A DNA stretch of 63,670 bases, the filler included, from Octopus bimaculoides (lineage: Eukaryota): the NCBI RefSeq assembly GCF_001194135.2. It is 3 parts of 3 records of this genome, joined end to end, with 100 filler letters (N's around TTAATTAATTAA, not from the genome) between each part and the next. Parts side by side here need not be neighbours in the genome. Positions count along the whole stretch, not along the records: positions 1 to 28,324 come from NC_068982.1; positions 28,425 to 60,297 come from NC_068984.1; 1 more part is not named here. One strand, written 5' to 3'. Position numbers and translations under genes: made by a program. Below the pieces are notes generated by a model, which saw only the letters and a list, made by a program, of their open reading frames with translations, was not told the DNA's origin and ran no database searches. How positions within the stretch are numbered: the stretch's first letter is position 1; every line of letters begins with the position of its first letter. Positions 23,794 through 37,150 of this stretch are shown here, in pieces.

Positions 23794-24178
23794 CAGTGGT
23801 TCACAAACTTTTTTTACTCACGGTGCACCTTACAAGTAGTCAAAATATTTTGGCGCGCTTTGTACAAAAATTCTAAAATTTATTCAAAAGGGGTTTTATT
23901 CATATTAGCATAGAATAAACGATAAAGTAATATATAGATAATTAAAAATACAGAAAAATTGCACTACTTACTCTTCATTGAATATATGAAGCAAAGTTAT
24001 CAATGAGAAACATGCACTTGATGTTTTTGGAGAAGATTTTCAATATTGGGACGTATTCGAGAAATACAAACCCACATTTCTTCTTCGATGCAACGGAACC
24101 TCTCTATTTTTTTGGATTTGATGTTATTGAGGATTGAAAATCCCATTTACATAAACACGATGTGGAAAACTGCATCAA
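23794..24178 (-). mobile_element. hAT (Charlie/Buster-like) 3' end fragment
   Basis: TIR cagtggttcacaaacttttt at 23794; minus strand MGFSILNNIKSKK...EEEMWVCISRIRPNIENL...HQVHVSH resembles the hAT dimerisation domain. Confidence 0.7.
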
Positions 24179-24179
24179 A

Positions 24180-24790
24180 ACGAATAAAGAACACTAGTCA
24201 AATGCCGGGAAACTAAGGAAGACCCACACCTGGCACTTCTGTCCCTACGAATGACAACACTGAGGGCTGACATGAAATCTCCGGCAGAAATGCTGAATGA
24301 CAGAAAATACAAAACCACCTTGCCAACTAAGAGCCAACCTCCTATTGACCAGGAAGAGACAAGGGCAAAGCTAGCAGCCATTCAAGAACAAGGACAGAAA
24401 TATTACAACAGAAATATCTCAGGTAAATATTGTGCATGTGCACAATATTTACCTGAGATACTTGGCGGACAACGTGTGCATACTAAAGATCCTATAACCA
24501 AAACATGAATCCCAGCACAAGTCGTCAGTAGAGCCGAAACTCCAAGATCATATATTATAGAAAATGAATCTGGTAGGCAGCTGAGACGAAACAGGGCCCA
24601 CATCCGCCCAACACCAAAGCTATCGAGGATAACATGCGCAACACCTGCAGCATCAGTGACAACACCAACAAGAATCACAACACTTACAGCAGATGAAAGC
24701 ACACACAGAATCCGTGCTTCCACAGAATCATCACTCCAACGGGCACCAACCATCAGCAGCCTAACAACACATCTACATTACGCACATCTC
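24180..24790 (+). mobile_element. Gypsy integrase C-terminal fragment
   Basis: DPHLALLSLRMT...KSPAEMLNDRKYKTTLP...PRSYIIENESGRQLRRNRAHI. Confidence 0.8.
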
Positions 24791-25007
24791 AGATACCAGT
24801 GCAGAGCACAAGATCCACCAGATGAAGACCGAATATTTTACCACCGATTCGATACCGTTAAAAGAAAAAAAGTAAATAATAACTAGTTCTGCTAGATTAG
24901 GAAGCAGAAAACCACGCGTGTGGGCAGAATAATCTCACGGTTTTCGCTGCAGGATTGCCACCGCTGACAATCCATTAGTGTAAGGGAGATTACTTCTATT
25001 TTTTTCA

Positions 25008-26034
25008 TTGCCAAAAGATCCTTTTTTTTCAAGAAGGGATGTTATATGTTCATATCTTGTTTCTCCTTATAAGGGGTCATTTCGTGTGCTATCGCGCACA
25101 CCCAAAACTTTTAGTCTCGACATCAATGGTCGGGCAGAAATCGTGTCGGTCGACAGACTTAAAAGGGCACATTTTGAGGTATCCACACCCTTCGATGACA
25201 CCTCAAACACGCCCACCTTTGATCCTTTACAACCACCTACACAACCACCCTCACATGCACCTTTAACCACACCATCAACTACACCACCACCTTCGTCGCC
25301 ACAACCTAACACAAACACACCTTATGTTACCAGGACAGGCCGCACTGTGCATTGGCCCAAAAAACTCACTAAAACTATTTATATCTGACAATTTCTTTTG
25401 TAATTTCCTGTGACAGACAATTGCTTTCTTGTGTTACTGAACAGTTCCAATACTCTGCCATTGAACATTTTGTCAAATTTTTGTGCATGCCCATTTATAT
25501 TATATTTCTATTTGACTTGTCACATTTTTGTACCATATCTTGTTTGTTGCGATCAGTTACCATATTTGCTCTTTCTTGTGCCTGCTCCAGTTATTCTGTT
25601 TTCGCACTGCCGTACTCAGGGAGGAGCCCTTGTAGCGGCAAAAGCAGTCAGCGCCATATTGGATAAGATCTTGCGGCAGCCATTGCCATCTCCGAGACTG
25701 GAGCGAGACCTCTCCTGCATCCATTTGCCATGCGCGAGATCACAACGAAGCTCGTGATGGCAAACTGGATAAAAGAGCCCAGCAACCAGATTATCTCTCT
25801 CTTCTCTGCGAGCGCTTGCAGAGCACACTTCACTGACTGGGCCTCTAGACTAATCCGCTTGTCGTATCTCCTGAGGCAATGGCCCGCGTAACGAAGAACG
25901 ACGGACTCACACCACATGAGATGGCTTCAGATAGCAACGCACCTTCACCCTTGTGTATAGTATAAATAAAACTATTTGAGAACCTGCGTTTTGCCTAAGA
26001 CTTCTTTCCTTGCCTGCTGGAGCTTTAAACAACA
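25008..26034 (+). mobile_element. Gypsy 3' end: integrase GPY/F region, polypurine tract and 3' LTR (25631-~26034)
   Basis: SPYKGSFRVLSRTPKTFSLDINGRAEIVSVDRLKRAH; AGGGAGGAG at 25618-25626 just before TGTAG; AATAAA 25965-25970; ends ...AACA. Confidence 0.75.
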
Positions 26035-26039
26035 CGAAG

Positions 26040-28324
26040 AACAAGAAATTAATGGGAGAAGGCGATATTCAACCGATATCGAGAACCTTGGCTCCCCATT
26101 ATAACACTTAAGAACTGGATATCCAACAGCAACAGAACAACAAAAGCAACAAGAACAGCAAGAACAACCACTAGAAGAAGAAGAAACTGAAGGGAAAAAA
26201 GAAGCTCTACTACCCACACCACCACCAACACAGAAGCTAAACAACAAACAAAGAACAACGAAAGAAACACACCAACCAAACCCACCAGCACCATCTATGA
26301 CAGAGAAAACGCCACCAACAAATGAGACACCAACATCACCAGGAAAATCACCAACATCATCAGGAAAATCACCAACATCAACACCAACAATAACAGCAAG
26401 AACTACAGAAATACAAAATCCAAAAGAAAAGACAAGAACTTATTTCCTTTCCCCAATAATACATACACTACATATAAACAATCAACAACCAGCATCAACA
26501 AAAGCAACAACACAATCACTTGCATACAAACAAATAGACCCATACTCAATGCCTTTACCCCCTTCCGATTCCTCAGAAATTTCGTCGGAAGACGAAAGGC
26601 AAATAGCCAGAAAAGGATGGAGGAAAAGGAGCAAGAACAAAGCCAAACTCAAACAAAGCAGGAAGATATGCAACTCCTGAAAACGTTTCAAACACAAATA
26701 CAAACAACACCAACACCACAAAAACACATGCATCAACAATGCTCACTGCCATCAACACAAAAATTGCAGAGTTGATGGAATACATCAGTACAAAAACAAA
26801 CATAACACATGAAGACATTAAAACAAGCAATCACCCATACACAACACCACCAGAACACATAAAAATACTACATGTTATACAAACCTCGCACCATACACTA
26901 AAATCCCTATATCCAGAGGCAGTGAGGAAATTTCAAAAATATTCATCCAGAAAACTATACAGCAACCTCCTCGAGGAAAAAACCAATGGAGGAGATGGAA
27001 AAACAATTAGAACTGTAACTATCTGTTCCTTTCATTAGGATTATGCTCAAGATTAATCGTATAAATACGCGTGACTTGGGGTCTCCTTGAGAACAAGGGT
27101 ACCTCGTAAATGACATCAAGTCACACAAATTAGAAATCATAGCCACAAGTGAAACTAGACTCCATAATCCACGGGCCCTAAAGTTCATGTTTGGCGGACA
27201 GTTTAACATTTATTTTTCTCCCTGTCTGCCGAGAATGGGCGGTAGTGGCACCGCTGTACTTTTTCGCAAGAGTCTGGATCTCAAAGTAAAGACAATATTC
27301 GTGGACCCGAAGGGTAAACTGATTGTCCTAGATGTCGACGGCAGCAATGGGTACGCCTTTCGACTTATATCAGTCTATGCACCGTCTTTAACAAGTCGAT
27401 CAGATTTCTTTCAACGTCTAGAAGTATTCCTAGGAACGACTCGACCTTTACTTTTAGTGGGGGATTGGAATGCTGCCTTGGACACGCATCTAGACTATGT
27501 GGGTACTGATAGAAATAAACGGGGATGCAAATGCCTCAACGACCTGCTCAGACGCTTTCAACTGTCCAACAGGTACCGACTCGACCACCCGAATGCGCCA
27601 ACGTGGACATGGAGCAACCGCATAGGGTCGTCGAGATCGTATCTAGATAGAATACTGTGTAGGACAGCAAATAGAGATAGTGTAGGTTGTCCACACTTTC
27701 ATATAATCAGCTACACAGATCACAAATTTGTGACTTGTACGCTAGACTTAGATAAGACACATAGGCAGGGTCCCAGCTGCTGGAAACTGAACGCGTCTTT
27801 CCCGTCAAGACAGTTTTACAGAGACCGGATTAGTACACTAGTGAAGAGGGCTTTGACAGGAGTCATCATCAGCAACAAATGGTGGTTTGCCCTCAAAACA
27901 TCGATAAACGCAGTATCTAATAGGTGTAGTAAAGCCCGAGCAATAGATAGGAATAAAATAGAAGGAGATCTAGTTAAGAAACTAGAAGAGGCAAGTAGAA
28001 GTGACATTGTATCAAACGTATTGGCGGCGAGGTTGGCTCTCGACCAACACTTCAACGCCAAACACGAAGGATGCGTTGTCAGAGCTAGGATGCGTGCTCT
28101 AAGAAACGATGGTATTGGAGCCGCGCGAGGGCCCCGACTGGCAGAGGCGCAACAAGGCAGCAAAGCCACTATTCGGTCTCTGATAGACGAACAGGTGCGC
28201 GAATTACTCGAGCCTAGAAAAATATGTGAGGCCTTTCAACAGCACTTTGCCCGACTGTTCAGGACAACTGGCGAGCCAGAACGCAGGGTGGACTTCAGTG
28301 CCTACCTGCATAGCCTGTTACGAC
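26040..28324 (+). mobile_element. Tx1/L1-clade LINE: low-complexity ORF1-like region and ORF2 APE endonuclease (27043-28324), cut by a scaffold join
   Basis: ATG 27043, one TGA at 27088-27090, then open: IIATSETRL, GTAVLFRK, LISVYAP, LVGDWNAALD, YLDRILC, TDHKFV, WKLNAS. Confidence 0.88.
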
Positions 28325-28424
28325 NNNNNNNNNNNNNNNNNNNNNNNNNNNNNNNNNNNNNNNNNNNNTTAATTAATTAANNNNNNNNNNNNNNNNNNNN
28401 NNNNNNNNNNNNNNNNNNNNNNNN
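28325..28424. other. Artificial scaffold linker N44-TTAATTAATTAA-N44
   Basis: Exactly 100 bp; the 12-mer encodes stops in all six frames; identical structure at 60298-60397. Confidence 0.9.
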
Positions 28425-28779
28425 ATATATATATATATAATGCATATGCATACTGATATGTATGTTCATCAGGTTACGTGGGATTTGTTTTAGATACCAA
28501 ATGTTATCACTTCAGATTGTGAAACATTCGTAAATTAATTATGAATACATTTCTATTTCATAAAACTCAAGGCATGTTTATAAAGCTACATACAGTATCG
28601 TAACTACTACCAACCGTTTCTAAATTAAAACCGATATACTCTGATAGATGAGAGGATTTGGAGAACGTTCGCGAAATATATGCAAACAGATTAAAAACGA
28701 ACAAGAGTTGATTTCGATTTGAAACGAACTGTTGTTGTTATTATTATTTTCATCACTATTATTACTATTATTGTTATAG

Positions 28780-29290
28780 AGTGAGAGAGCAGTGCATAAC
28801 CATCAAAGTGACACTGGGGCAAAATATACGAAGCCCAGTAACACTTCATGACTAAGGGTACACCAGGCACATGCATCACAACCATATGGTGACTTCATAT
28901 CAAGATAAACAGCGCATGACCTCGCAGGTGGTGCCCAGTTAGAATTTTTTTTCAGGTCGAGTAGCCCATCCCGCTCAAGAGGTCCCTGAATGAGGTTTTT
29001 TAAGGGTATCGAACGAAATACTCATGTTTCCAAAGTTGAATTATTGAAACCCCAAATAATTCTTCTCAGCTTCCCCACTACTGCTCATGATCAGAGATGC
29101 ACATATCGTCAGCCACCAAGGGACATGCTCAACTGGTTAAGGTCAAACAACTGACAAACAAATCTGTGGTATTGAGCAGAATATTTGCAATAGCCAATCT
29201 TTTATACCAAGACAAAACATGTATATGATAACACTTCCAATCAGTTAAGATGAGAATCCATGAGAACCAGTACCTGCATCAGAACATTCA
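28780..29290 (-). repeat. Unclassified non-coding interspersed repeat bounded by (TAA)n tracts
   Basis: GC-richer ~510-bp block between TTA-rich tracts; no ORF or Pol III boxes recognised. Confidence 0.4.
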
Positions 29291-29320
29291 CTGTTGTTAT
29301 TATTATTATATTATATTATT

Positions 29321-30065
29321 GCCTTTGCACAGCTTCTATTGCTGGAGATGTACTACGGTGTCAGCTATTCACTATCAGTGAACTAAGGTAACACCTCTTA
29401 CTTTTCGAACACCTTCCGGAGTATTCCAGCGGTTCCAAGCTGTATTGTTTTCTGAAAGCGCTTCACACTTATTGCAGCCCCTATTTGTTCAATGTACTTC
29501 TCAAGATTTTTACTCACTGTTCCCAGGGCTCCGACAATTATTGGTACTACTACCACATTTTTCATCGACTACAGCTGCTTAACCTCTCAAACCAACCTGT
29601 CATATCTATCGACTTTTTCTTCCTTAACGCATACTTTGTCAGCTGGGCATGCTATATGTATGATCTAGTTTTCTTTCTTAATTAACACTATGTCTGGCTT
29701 GCTATTCTCTATCTCATGGTCGCACTGAATCATAAAATCCCACAGGATCTTTGCATTATCATTTTCGATGATGCCTTCGGGTTTGTGGTCGCACTAATTT
29801 TTGACTCTGTCAAGTCCATACTTGTTGCAAAGTGTCCAATGGACAAGCTTTGCTATATTGTCGTGGCGCCTCTTATATTCCTTCTGGGCTTGTGGCATAC
29901 ATTGCCTGGTAATATGCCATACGGTTTCACCATTTTGTCCACAGATTCTGCACTTCACACTTTCTGATGTGCTGTCTATTCTGCATTTTATTTAGTTTGT
30001 CCTTAGTGCTTGCTCTTGGGTTTAAAATCACTTTTAATCATCCACAGCCATCTTTTTTCTCTGTC
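29321..30065 (-). mobile_element. R4/Dong-type LINE 3' end (CCHC plus REL endonuclease)
   Basis: KCRICGQNGETVWHITRQC...YKRRHDNIAKLVHW...ILWDFMIQCD...KPDIVLI...GTAGILRKVFEK stop; (TAA)n on both sides. Confidence 0.85.
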
Positions 30066-30123
<58 letters not shown>

Positions 30124-30149
30124 GTTATTATTATTATTATTATTATTTT

Positions 30150-30808
30150 GGTTTGGGTCAGGTCCGGTCTTATTCCAGGTAGAATTTATGTGGGTAGCGG
30201 TTTACTACATGTTACCTTACGTATCCAGAAGTTTTCAGTTGTCTTTCAAGTGCTTAGAACCCTCCCGATACAACTGGCTGCCCCTAAGGGACAAAATTTC
30301 TGTAGGAGATATAAGGGCACTCTATTGCCATCACCTTTAGCCATTTGTATATATCTTTGTTTACTGTTCCCAAGGCACCAATTATTATAGGCGCTACCTT
30401 TACTGTTCTCATGCTCCAAATTTCTTCTATTTCAAATTTTAAAGGATTGTATCTTTTTTTGTTTTTCGTCCTCTTTCTTTGTGATGCTGAAATCAAACTG
30501 GCATGATGGGTCGATCAGTAAGCAACTTCACTTTTCCTTATCTATCAATGTTATGCTCGGTCTATTATTTTCTGACTTGCCCGTTTGAGTAGGAAAGTCC
30601 CACAAAATCTTACGTTTCTCCCACTCCAGTAACTCTTTCGACACGGTGATTGTACCTCGTGTTTCCAGGTTCAAATCTCTATTTCTGGTGCAGTTTCCAG
30701 TGTAAATCTTTTACAACCTGGTCGTGCCTCCATTTCTTATATTCTTCTTGTGCCAGCTTAATGCATTCTCTCACAATGTGTGCCACTATCTCGTTCCAAG
30801 TTCCACAG
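30150..30808 (-). mobile_element. R4/Dong-type LINE 3' end, different subfamily
   Basis: CGTWNEIVAHIVRECIKLAQEEYKKWRHD...RYNPLKFEIEEIW...PIIIGALGTV...; (TAA)n tracts at 30070-30148 and ~30810-30845. Confidence 0.82.
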
Positions 30809-31639
30809 GCCATTATTATTATTATCATTATTATTATTACTATTATCGTCATTCACTTCTCAGGGCTCTCGATTTCACTTACACTGGCTAATTTCCTGTT
30901 GTTGTGGGTATCACAAAGTTTCTTTCCACTGTACTTTACATCCAGCTACCAATCCCAAAACCCTTGATGCCCACAAAAAGCAGTATTCTGAGAATTTGAG
31001 TTCCATGTATAACACTGTAGTTCTGAATAATGATATGTTGTGTTTATGTGTACGTATGCAATATTACTTATGCACGTATATTAATGTATATGATAAGTGA
31101 AGTGAACTTGTATAAGTACATGCGTATATATATATATATATATATACATACACACACACACACACACACGCTATTATGCATGCAGACAGACACATTCACA
31201 CACTTAAATACACGTGAATTATAAGTCCATGATTAATTATTTGCGTGTACACATACACACGTCAACATACTGACATACATACGCCCAAAAACGTCATGTC
31301 ATTTTACTTATCGGTTTAATTACATAGCCCGGGGAGGCTAAATCAAGCTATCTGGAAATGGTGAAAATTAGAGTTGGCATCAATATATATTGCAATAATG
31401 GAACATTTTTGGCGAAAAGAAAACATTCCCTAAAATTGACATAAATTAAATGGGTCACTGTCGGTTTAGACGTCGAGTAATCCAGCAGCTCGACCAACTG
31501 AACTCTTTAGTGAATGAATTACGATTTAAGTGATCGAGTAATCCACAGACACTTGTGCTCTAACTACAAGACTGAGATAGTGTCAGAGTGACGCATTTTG
31601 TGACAACCATCGACACAAAAATATCCATTAACATTGATT

Positions 31640-31810
31640 AAATAATTATTTCAGATTTGTGCACAAGGACAGCAAGTTTCGGTTTACATCGACCAAAAGG
31701 ATAAACGGTAAAGTCGACCTTGGCGAAATTTGAACTCGGAATGAAGGTGGGACGAAATACCGCGCAGCATTTTGTGCGCAACGGTTAAACATTCTGTGAG
31801 CTCAAGGGCT
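31640..31810 (-). mobile_element. SINE family B copy
   Basis: aaagtcgaccttggcgaaatttgaactc matches the other family B copies. Confidence 0.65.
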
Positions 31811-31989
31811 TCAGTTTGAACAATTTTTGTGATGTTTCATATTCAGATGCTTTTATTACATTCATTCCGTTGTTAAACATAAATAAATCTTCGAATTAAA
31901 TGGTTTTGATATGCTATCAGGTGACTTTTGGCCAAACTTGTTTATACATATATATGTGTGCGCGTGTGCGAGTGTCTTTGTTTCTCCTT

Positions 31990-32190
31990 TCTCACCCCCT
32001 CGACATCGCTTGGCAACTGATGTTGTTTTGTTTACGCCCCTGTAACTTAGCGGTTCGGCAAAAGAAACTGTCAGAATAAGCACCAGGTTTTAAAATGTCC
32101 TGGGGTGTATTCGTTCGACTAAAAAGTTCTTCAAGGTGGCACACCTGCATGGCTGCAGTCTAATGACTGAAACAAACAAAAGATAGAAGA
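31990..32190 (+). mobile_element. SINE family C copy
   Basis: aacttagcggttcggcaaaaga...aataagcacca...gactgaaaca. Confidence 0.65.
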
Positions 32191-34469
32191 TAATATACAA
32201 AACGACGATGAGTCTTAGAAAAAAAGGAAAAGGAAACAATTTGTCTACAAATCTGAAAAAATACCAAGGAAAAAAGATATAGAAAAATAGAAATTATTGA
32301 AGCACCAACGACACGAGACGAATTTTGACTCGGCGTACGAGAAGCCATGGGAACTCTACAAACGAGATTGTTCAAAATAACGAGTACAATAAAAATTGTG
32401 CGCAGTTATTACAATTACAGGACAAGGCATTGTAAAAACAAACAATATTCCAAATTTAAAATAATTAACTTGAATCCCAAGAAGTTAGCAGACATACAAT
32501 AGCATACGAGCGGAGGTGAACACAATGACTGCCTGGCTAACTGACGGCAGGACCATTTTAATTCTCTTTTCCGAAACAGTAAACTCAGTTTGTAAATATT
32601 GCAGGCTTTTAGCTTGCTTTATTCAAAATCGTATCCTAGAGAATAAATAAACATTTACTTCCAAAATAGTAGAACAAATTTTGTGAGGCCCGTACGGCTG
32701 CAAAAAATAAAATCACATATATTGTTACAGATTTAGGCACGAAGCCAACTGTTTAGAAAAAAGAGGATTACTCGATATCATGGACTTTACTACTTCATTA
32801 TTACTTTCATTTATTGACTTTGGAAGAATGAAATATAAAGTTGACCATGGCGGGATTCGAGCTCGGAACGTATTTAGCCAGAAGAAATACCACAAAGCAC
32901 TATTTTCCGACATTCTGTTAATTCTGGAAGCTCTCTGCATTAAGCCACTTATATATAAACAAAGAAACTTATTTTAATATAGCAGAAGCGCATCGAGTAC
33001 TACGCTGCATATAATAACGTTTCATTATATTGAGTACTTATTTTTAATCCTTCCATTTGTATAAATAAATCCTTAAATAATTTAGTCATTAATTGGTTCA
33101 ATAATTAATTTCTTACATTGAGCAATTCATTAAGTTCTTTTTGTCAATGAGTGGATCTCAATCTTATGACACAACTCATGTATTAAATACAGAATATCTG
33201 TTTCCCAATAATTTCTTCTGTCAGTGTACGTTTATGAAGGTCTGCGACGGTTTTACTTCATTCGTGAACACTTCATATTTTCTTGTTCCGCTCATCTTAT
33301 AACAAAATATAAAATTACATATCATTAACGCAGTGTTGACAACATTTATCTCTTTCTAGTATTAGTGAGTAATATTCAATGAAGCAATTTCGACCATATA
33401 TCGAAACAGTGTAGTAGACTTAATCCACCTGGCGCCTAGCTTGTGGTCTACTGAGTTCATTGACTTTTGTTTGATTTTGAAATGTAATTTAATCACGCGA
33501 GAATTAAATCTGATTTTCTCCTTTCAGACGACAGTAACTACTTAGCGGTGAAATAAAATGCTATTTGATACACTTGGAAAGGTCACTTCAACCGATGCCG
33601 AATATGTAGTGACATGGTACGGCTGTGATTTCATGTTGCTTTCAACATATATGGTTTCGACCCCGCCCTATAAAACCAACTGAATTGTCTAATCAATAGA
33701 TCCTTATATAATTATGTAATTAAATGCTTATAGGAAGTATTGTAATACCGCTACGGAATTCAGTAGGGAAATTATTTTTTATTCTAAATTTAATTCGCTT
33801 TATTCTCTTCCTAACTCTAATTGCAAATAGAAATCATTATGGCGAAATCATTATTATCAAACTTCCCTGCTTTTGCAACAAAGTAAAAACAAAATTCGTA
33901 ACAGTTAAGAGCTATATGAGGTTAAAGAAATACTAGACACAACAAAATGCGGAACTAAATTATCTGAGTTATTTAGTTTTCTTTTTTCTTTAGTTCTGAT
34001 TTCAAACCTTCCTATTTTGACTTTATTTTCGGTTTCTATGAAGCCGATAACTGGCAGCGAATTATTGACCAAATGCGTTCCTTAGAAATTTGTTGTCTTT
34101 ATGCATAGATAAATATCGTTATAAAGAGTCTTCTGCAAAAAGGGGAAAATTGGTAGGTTCCTTTGTGTGTCATAAAAATTATACCTTACGATATTTCATC
34201 CGGCTCTTTGTGTTTTGAATTAAAATCCTACCGAGATCAATTTCGCCTTTAATCTTCCAGAGATCCTGTAACCTAATGCACCAATCAATTGCTGGCGATA
34301 TCGACTAACCCTACTTCCTTTCAAATTCATGCCCTTGAGCCTAAATAAGAAACACTTAAGAAGTTCGTGAGCCTAGTTTATTATACGGAAGTAGTAAGTA
34401 GATTCACTTGACTGTATACTAGCCCTTGAAATATATGCTATTGTATAGAATTGTTATTGTTGTTTGGGA

Positions 34470-34610
34470 TGTAATTCAGATTCAGCCGAAGTAGATTTTG
34501 CCTTCCATCCTATCGGGGTCAATAAAGTAAATATCAGTTGAGAACTTGGGTCACTGTAATCAACTTACCCACTCCCTTGAAATTGCTGGCCTGAGCCAAA
34601 TGTTGAAATC
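34470..34610 (+). mobile_element. SINE family B copy
   Basis: gccttccatcctatcggggtcaataaagt...aaattgctggcct. Confidence 0.6.
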
Positions 34611-35849
34611 GTTATTTCAGATATGAAACAAATCATTACTATTTGAGATATGAAAATCGACCAAAGAAAGTCTATCCATAACCACATAACCACATCTTGA
34701 TTTTGTTTTTATTTCAGAAGCTGCATTGTCTAGTAAGTTCTTTTTTAAAAGAACTGGAACGCTTTTTTGATCATAAATCGGTAAGACTAGTGCAGACTAT
34801 TTGTTAAATAACAAGAAGTTAACAAAAGAATGTTGTTTCAATATAATCGACATCTCTATTGTCAAGAGTTCGTCTGTTTGTAAAACATCGTTTGACCTAC
34901 GAGGGAGAATATTTTGGAAGTAGAATATAATACTTTAATATATAATATCTCTATTAGAAGTATATGGAGGATGTGAACAGAACGTCGATGCAAACTGACA
35001 TTTTACAATAAGTAGAGGTCAGATTACACCTTAGGCATTCGCGAAAAATGAATATAAACAAAAAAGACATTTCAAGAAAATGTCTTTTATAAATGTCAAA
35101 GATAAATATAAGATGAAATTAATGAGCAAATTGTGTCAGTTTTCTATGATATAATTTTCCAAAATTATATCATATATTTTTTCTCAAATTGTATCTAATT
35201 GCATATCTTACCAATAAAACCATTCCAAATTTACGGGTTACATCTTTCCCAGCCAAAAGACAAGAAATTTATTGTCCGTTATTTGAGAGATATATAAAAA
35301 TGTTATTATATTACGTTAGCTAACATTCGCTTCATATTCAAGATGTCATAATACGATATATCATCATAACTGGTATCTGCTTTTTTTCTCAGAACTACAG
35401 ACAAAACAAATATCATCAGTCTACCTACTTGAAACTATGTCTCTAAGGTAGATGCAGCAAATGGAATATTGAATTGATAAGCGTATTTGTGACAGTGGAC
35501 AGTTGAAAAGCTATCACAAATTGAACCGAGATGTTGGTGCTTCGTTTTTTGTCACAACTATTTGCAACATGCCCGTGGCTGTATAATTGGCTTCTGTAAT
35601 TAGTTGAAAACAAGCGTCACGCTAATTTACAGAATTCAAATCTGTAAATTAACGTAAAGATTCGCAAAAGCATTCCTAAAAACAGTAAAATGCCGACTTA
35701 AATAACTTATAGCATTTATTTTTCACCTTTTTTTTTTGGTGCAAAATCCCAAAATGTCTGATAGTAATTCTTACTATTCAACATGTAAATGAAATAAGGA
35801 CCAGAAATACCGGTACTTATCTTATTTAACTTTCGCCCATACGTAATAC

Positions 35850-36600
35850 AAATCTGTTATTGAAACTGCCCGTATGAGGGTTTCATTGATCCCTCATGTT
35901 CCTAGCAGATCGCACTAACTAGATGGGACTCTTTCTGTTTCATACCCTGTCAACTCTAGTGTTCCCGACCTCACATCGAAACAATATCATCACATAAAGC
36001 TCAATTAAATGTGAGCAGCAATCAACTAGAACTCTCACAATCTCTCTAAATATTACTCCTCACAATTAGCGGGGATCTCTGCAGGCGAAAGCGAATCTTT
36101 AACGTAACAGAAAATATCAAAAACTGTTTATTCTCTCTAGAGCCAAAAAAAATATATTTTAACATCCAAGATTTACTCATGCTTAATAATACTCAGGTGA
36201 GGCGCTCAGAGAAGTATTGCTCTATATAAGGTAAGAGGCTCTACTGTTGCATTCAGCAGATATACTAGATCGCATTCATGTAAAATCACTCATGGGCACG
36301 AACTGGCCTTTGACCCAGTGTATGTTGCTTTCCTTTTCTGCTTTCGATTTGCTAGCATAATGATTTCTACTTCTTGGACATGGTTAGTCTCCTACCTCTA
36401 CTCAGAAATTCTCACCTCATTCATTTTTCCTCCTTTCGTTGCCCATCATGTGTCCAAAATTCCAAACCCTGCATTAACCACTACGCCCACTATTTCTTCC
36501 ACTGAACTTCATCCTTCTCCTGTAACATTCTCGCTTTCATCTTTTTTTGCAGGTGTCGACATTCAGTAGTTTAAGTGGAACATTAACGACATCAGTCTCT
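35850..36600 (+). mobile_element. Very decayed L2/Jockey-like LINE 3' region
   Basis: Only faint remnants (...FKWNIN-like terminus near 36570); low confidence. Confidence 0.3.
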
Positions 36601-36929
36601 GAAGGCTTTTGTAGACCATGTTCACTGTCTCTTTCTCCAGACCCAACAAGTAAAATAAAATTATTGGGTTTAGTCTAGTACATCCGCTTTACAGACTTTA
36701 AGTTCTCTACTCTAAAGACCTTAGCATGTGAAGGAACCATCTCCCTTAGCACAGTGTTGTATTTAATCATGTTTTTTTTTGTGTGTGTTTAGCTCTATGC
36801 CAGTCCTCATTGAGTAGATCTCTAATCTGAAACATTCAGCGGTGGCCACCTCAACTTGTATTTAGAGATATTGCATCCAGAACTAAATATCTAATTTATT
36901 CTGAAGGAAATTGATTTGTCTATTCTTAG

Positions 36930-37150
36930 GTATTTTACACGACAGATTGTGAACAATCGTATCTTTGGTTACAGGTCTTCAGCGGAGTAGCCAGTCGTTC
37001 ACGATATTTCTGATAGTGTATGCGAAAACTGAAGGCGTATAGACATTTGCACAGTAACTCTCTTTCAAATTCAACGCAAACGGTATTCGTCATCCCGAGG
37101 CAAATTTTGAAGACACTTGTCCAAGGTGACGCACAGAACTGAAACATTCA
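36930..37150 (-). mobile_element. Old CORE-type SINE
   Basis: Revcomp contains ccttggacaagtgtcttc...gcctcggg. Confidence 0.4.

Noticed and set aside
26297-26680. Thr/Pro/Ser-rich ORF as a mucin-like host gene
   Set aside because: It lies directly upstream of Tx1 ORF2 in A/C-rich low-complexity sequence; more likely ORF1 remnant or UTR.
33640-33700. Further hammerhead-like traces (33640-33700 minus, 15215-15275, 39395-39425)
   Set aside because: Two or more core mismatches and no convincing stem I; indistinguishable from chance without a family consensus.
34718-34732. 15-nt frame-preserving microexon candidate (tttcAG...GTAAGT)
   Set aside because: It appears to lie in an interspersed repeat resembling 5340-5400 (revcomp), and no partner exons or host gene were found; RNA-seq would be needed.
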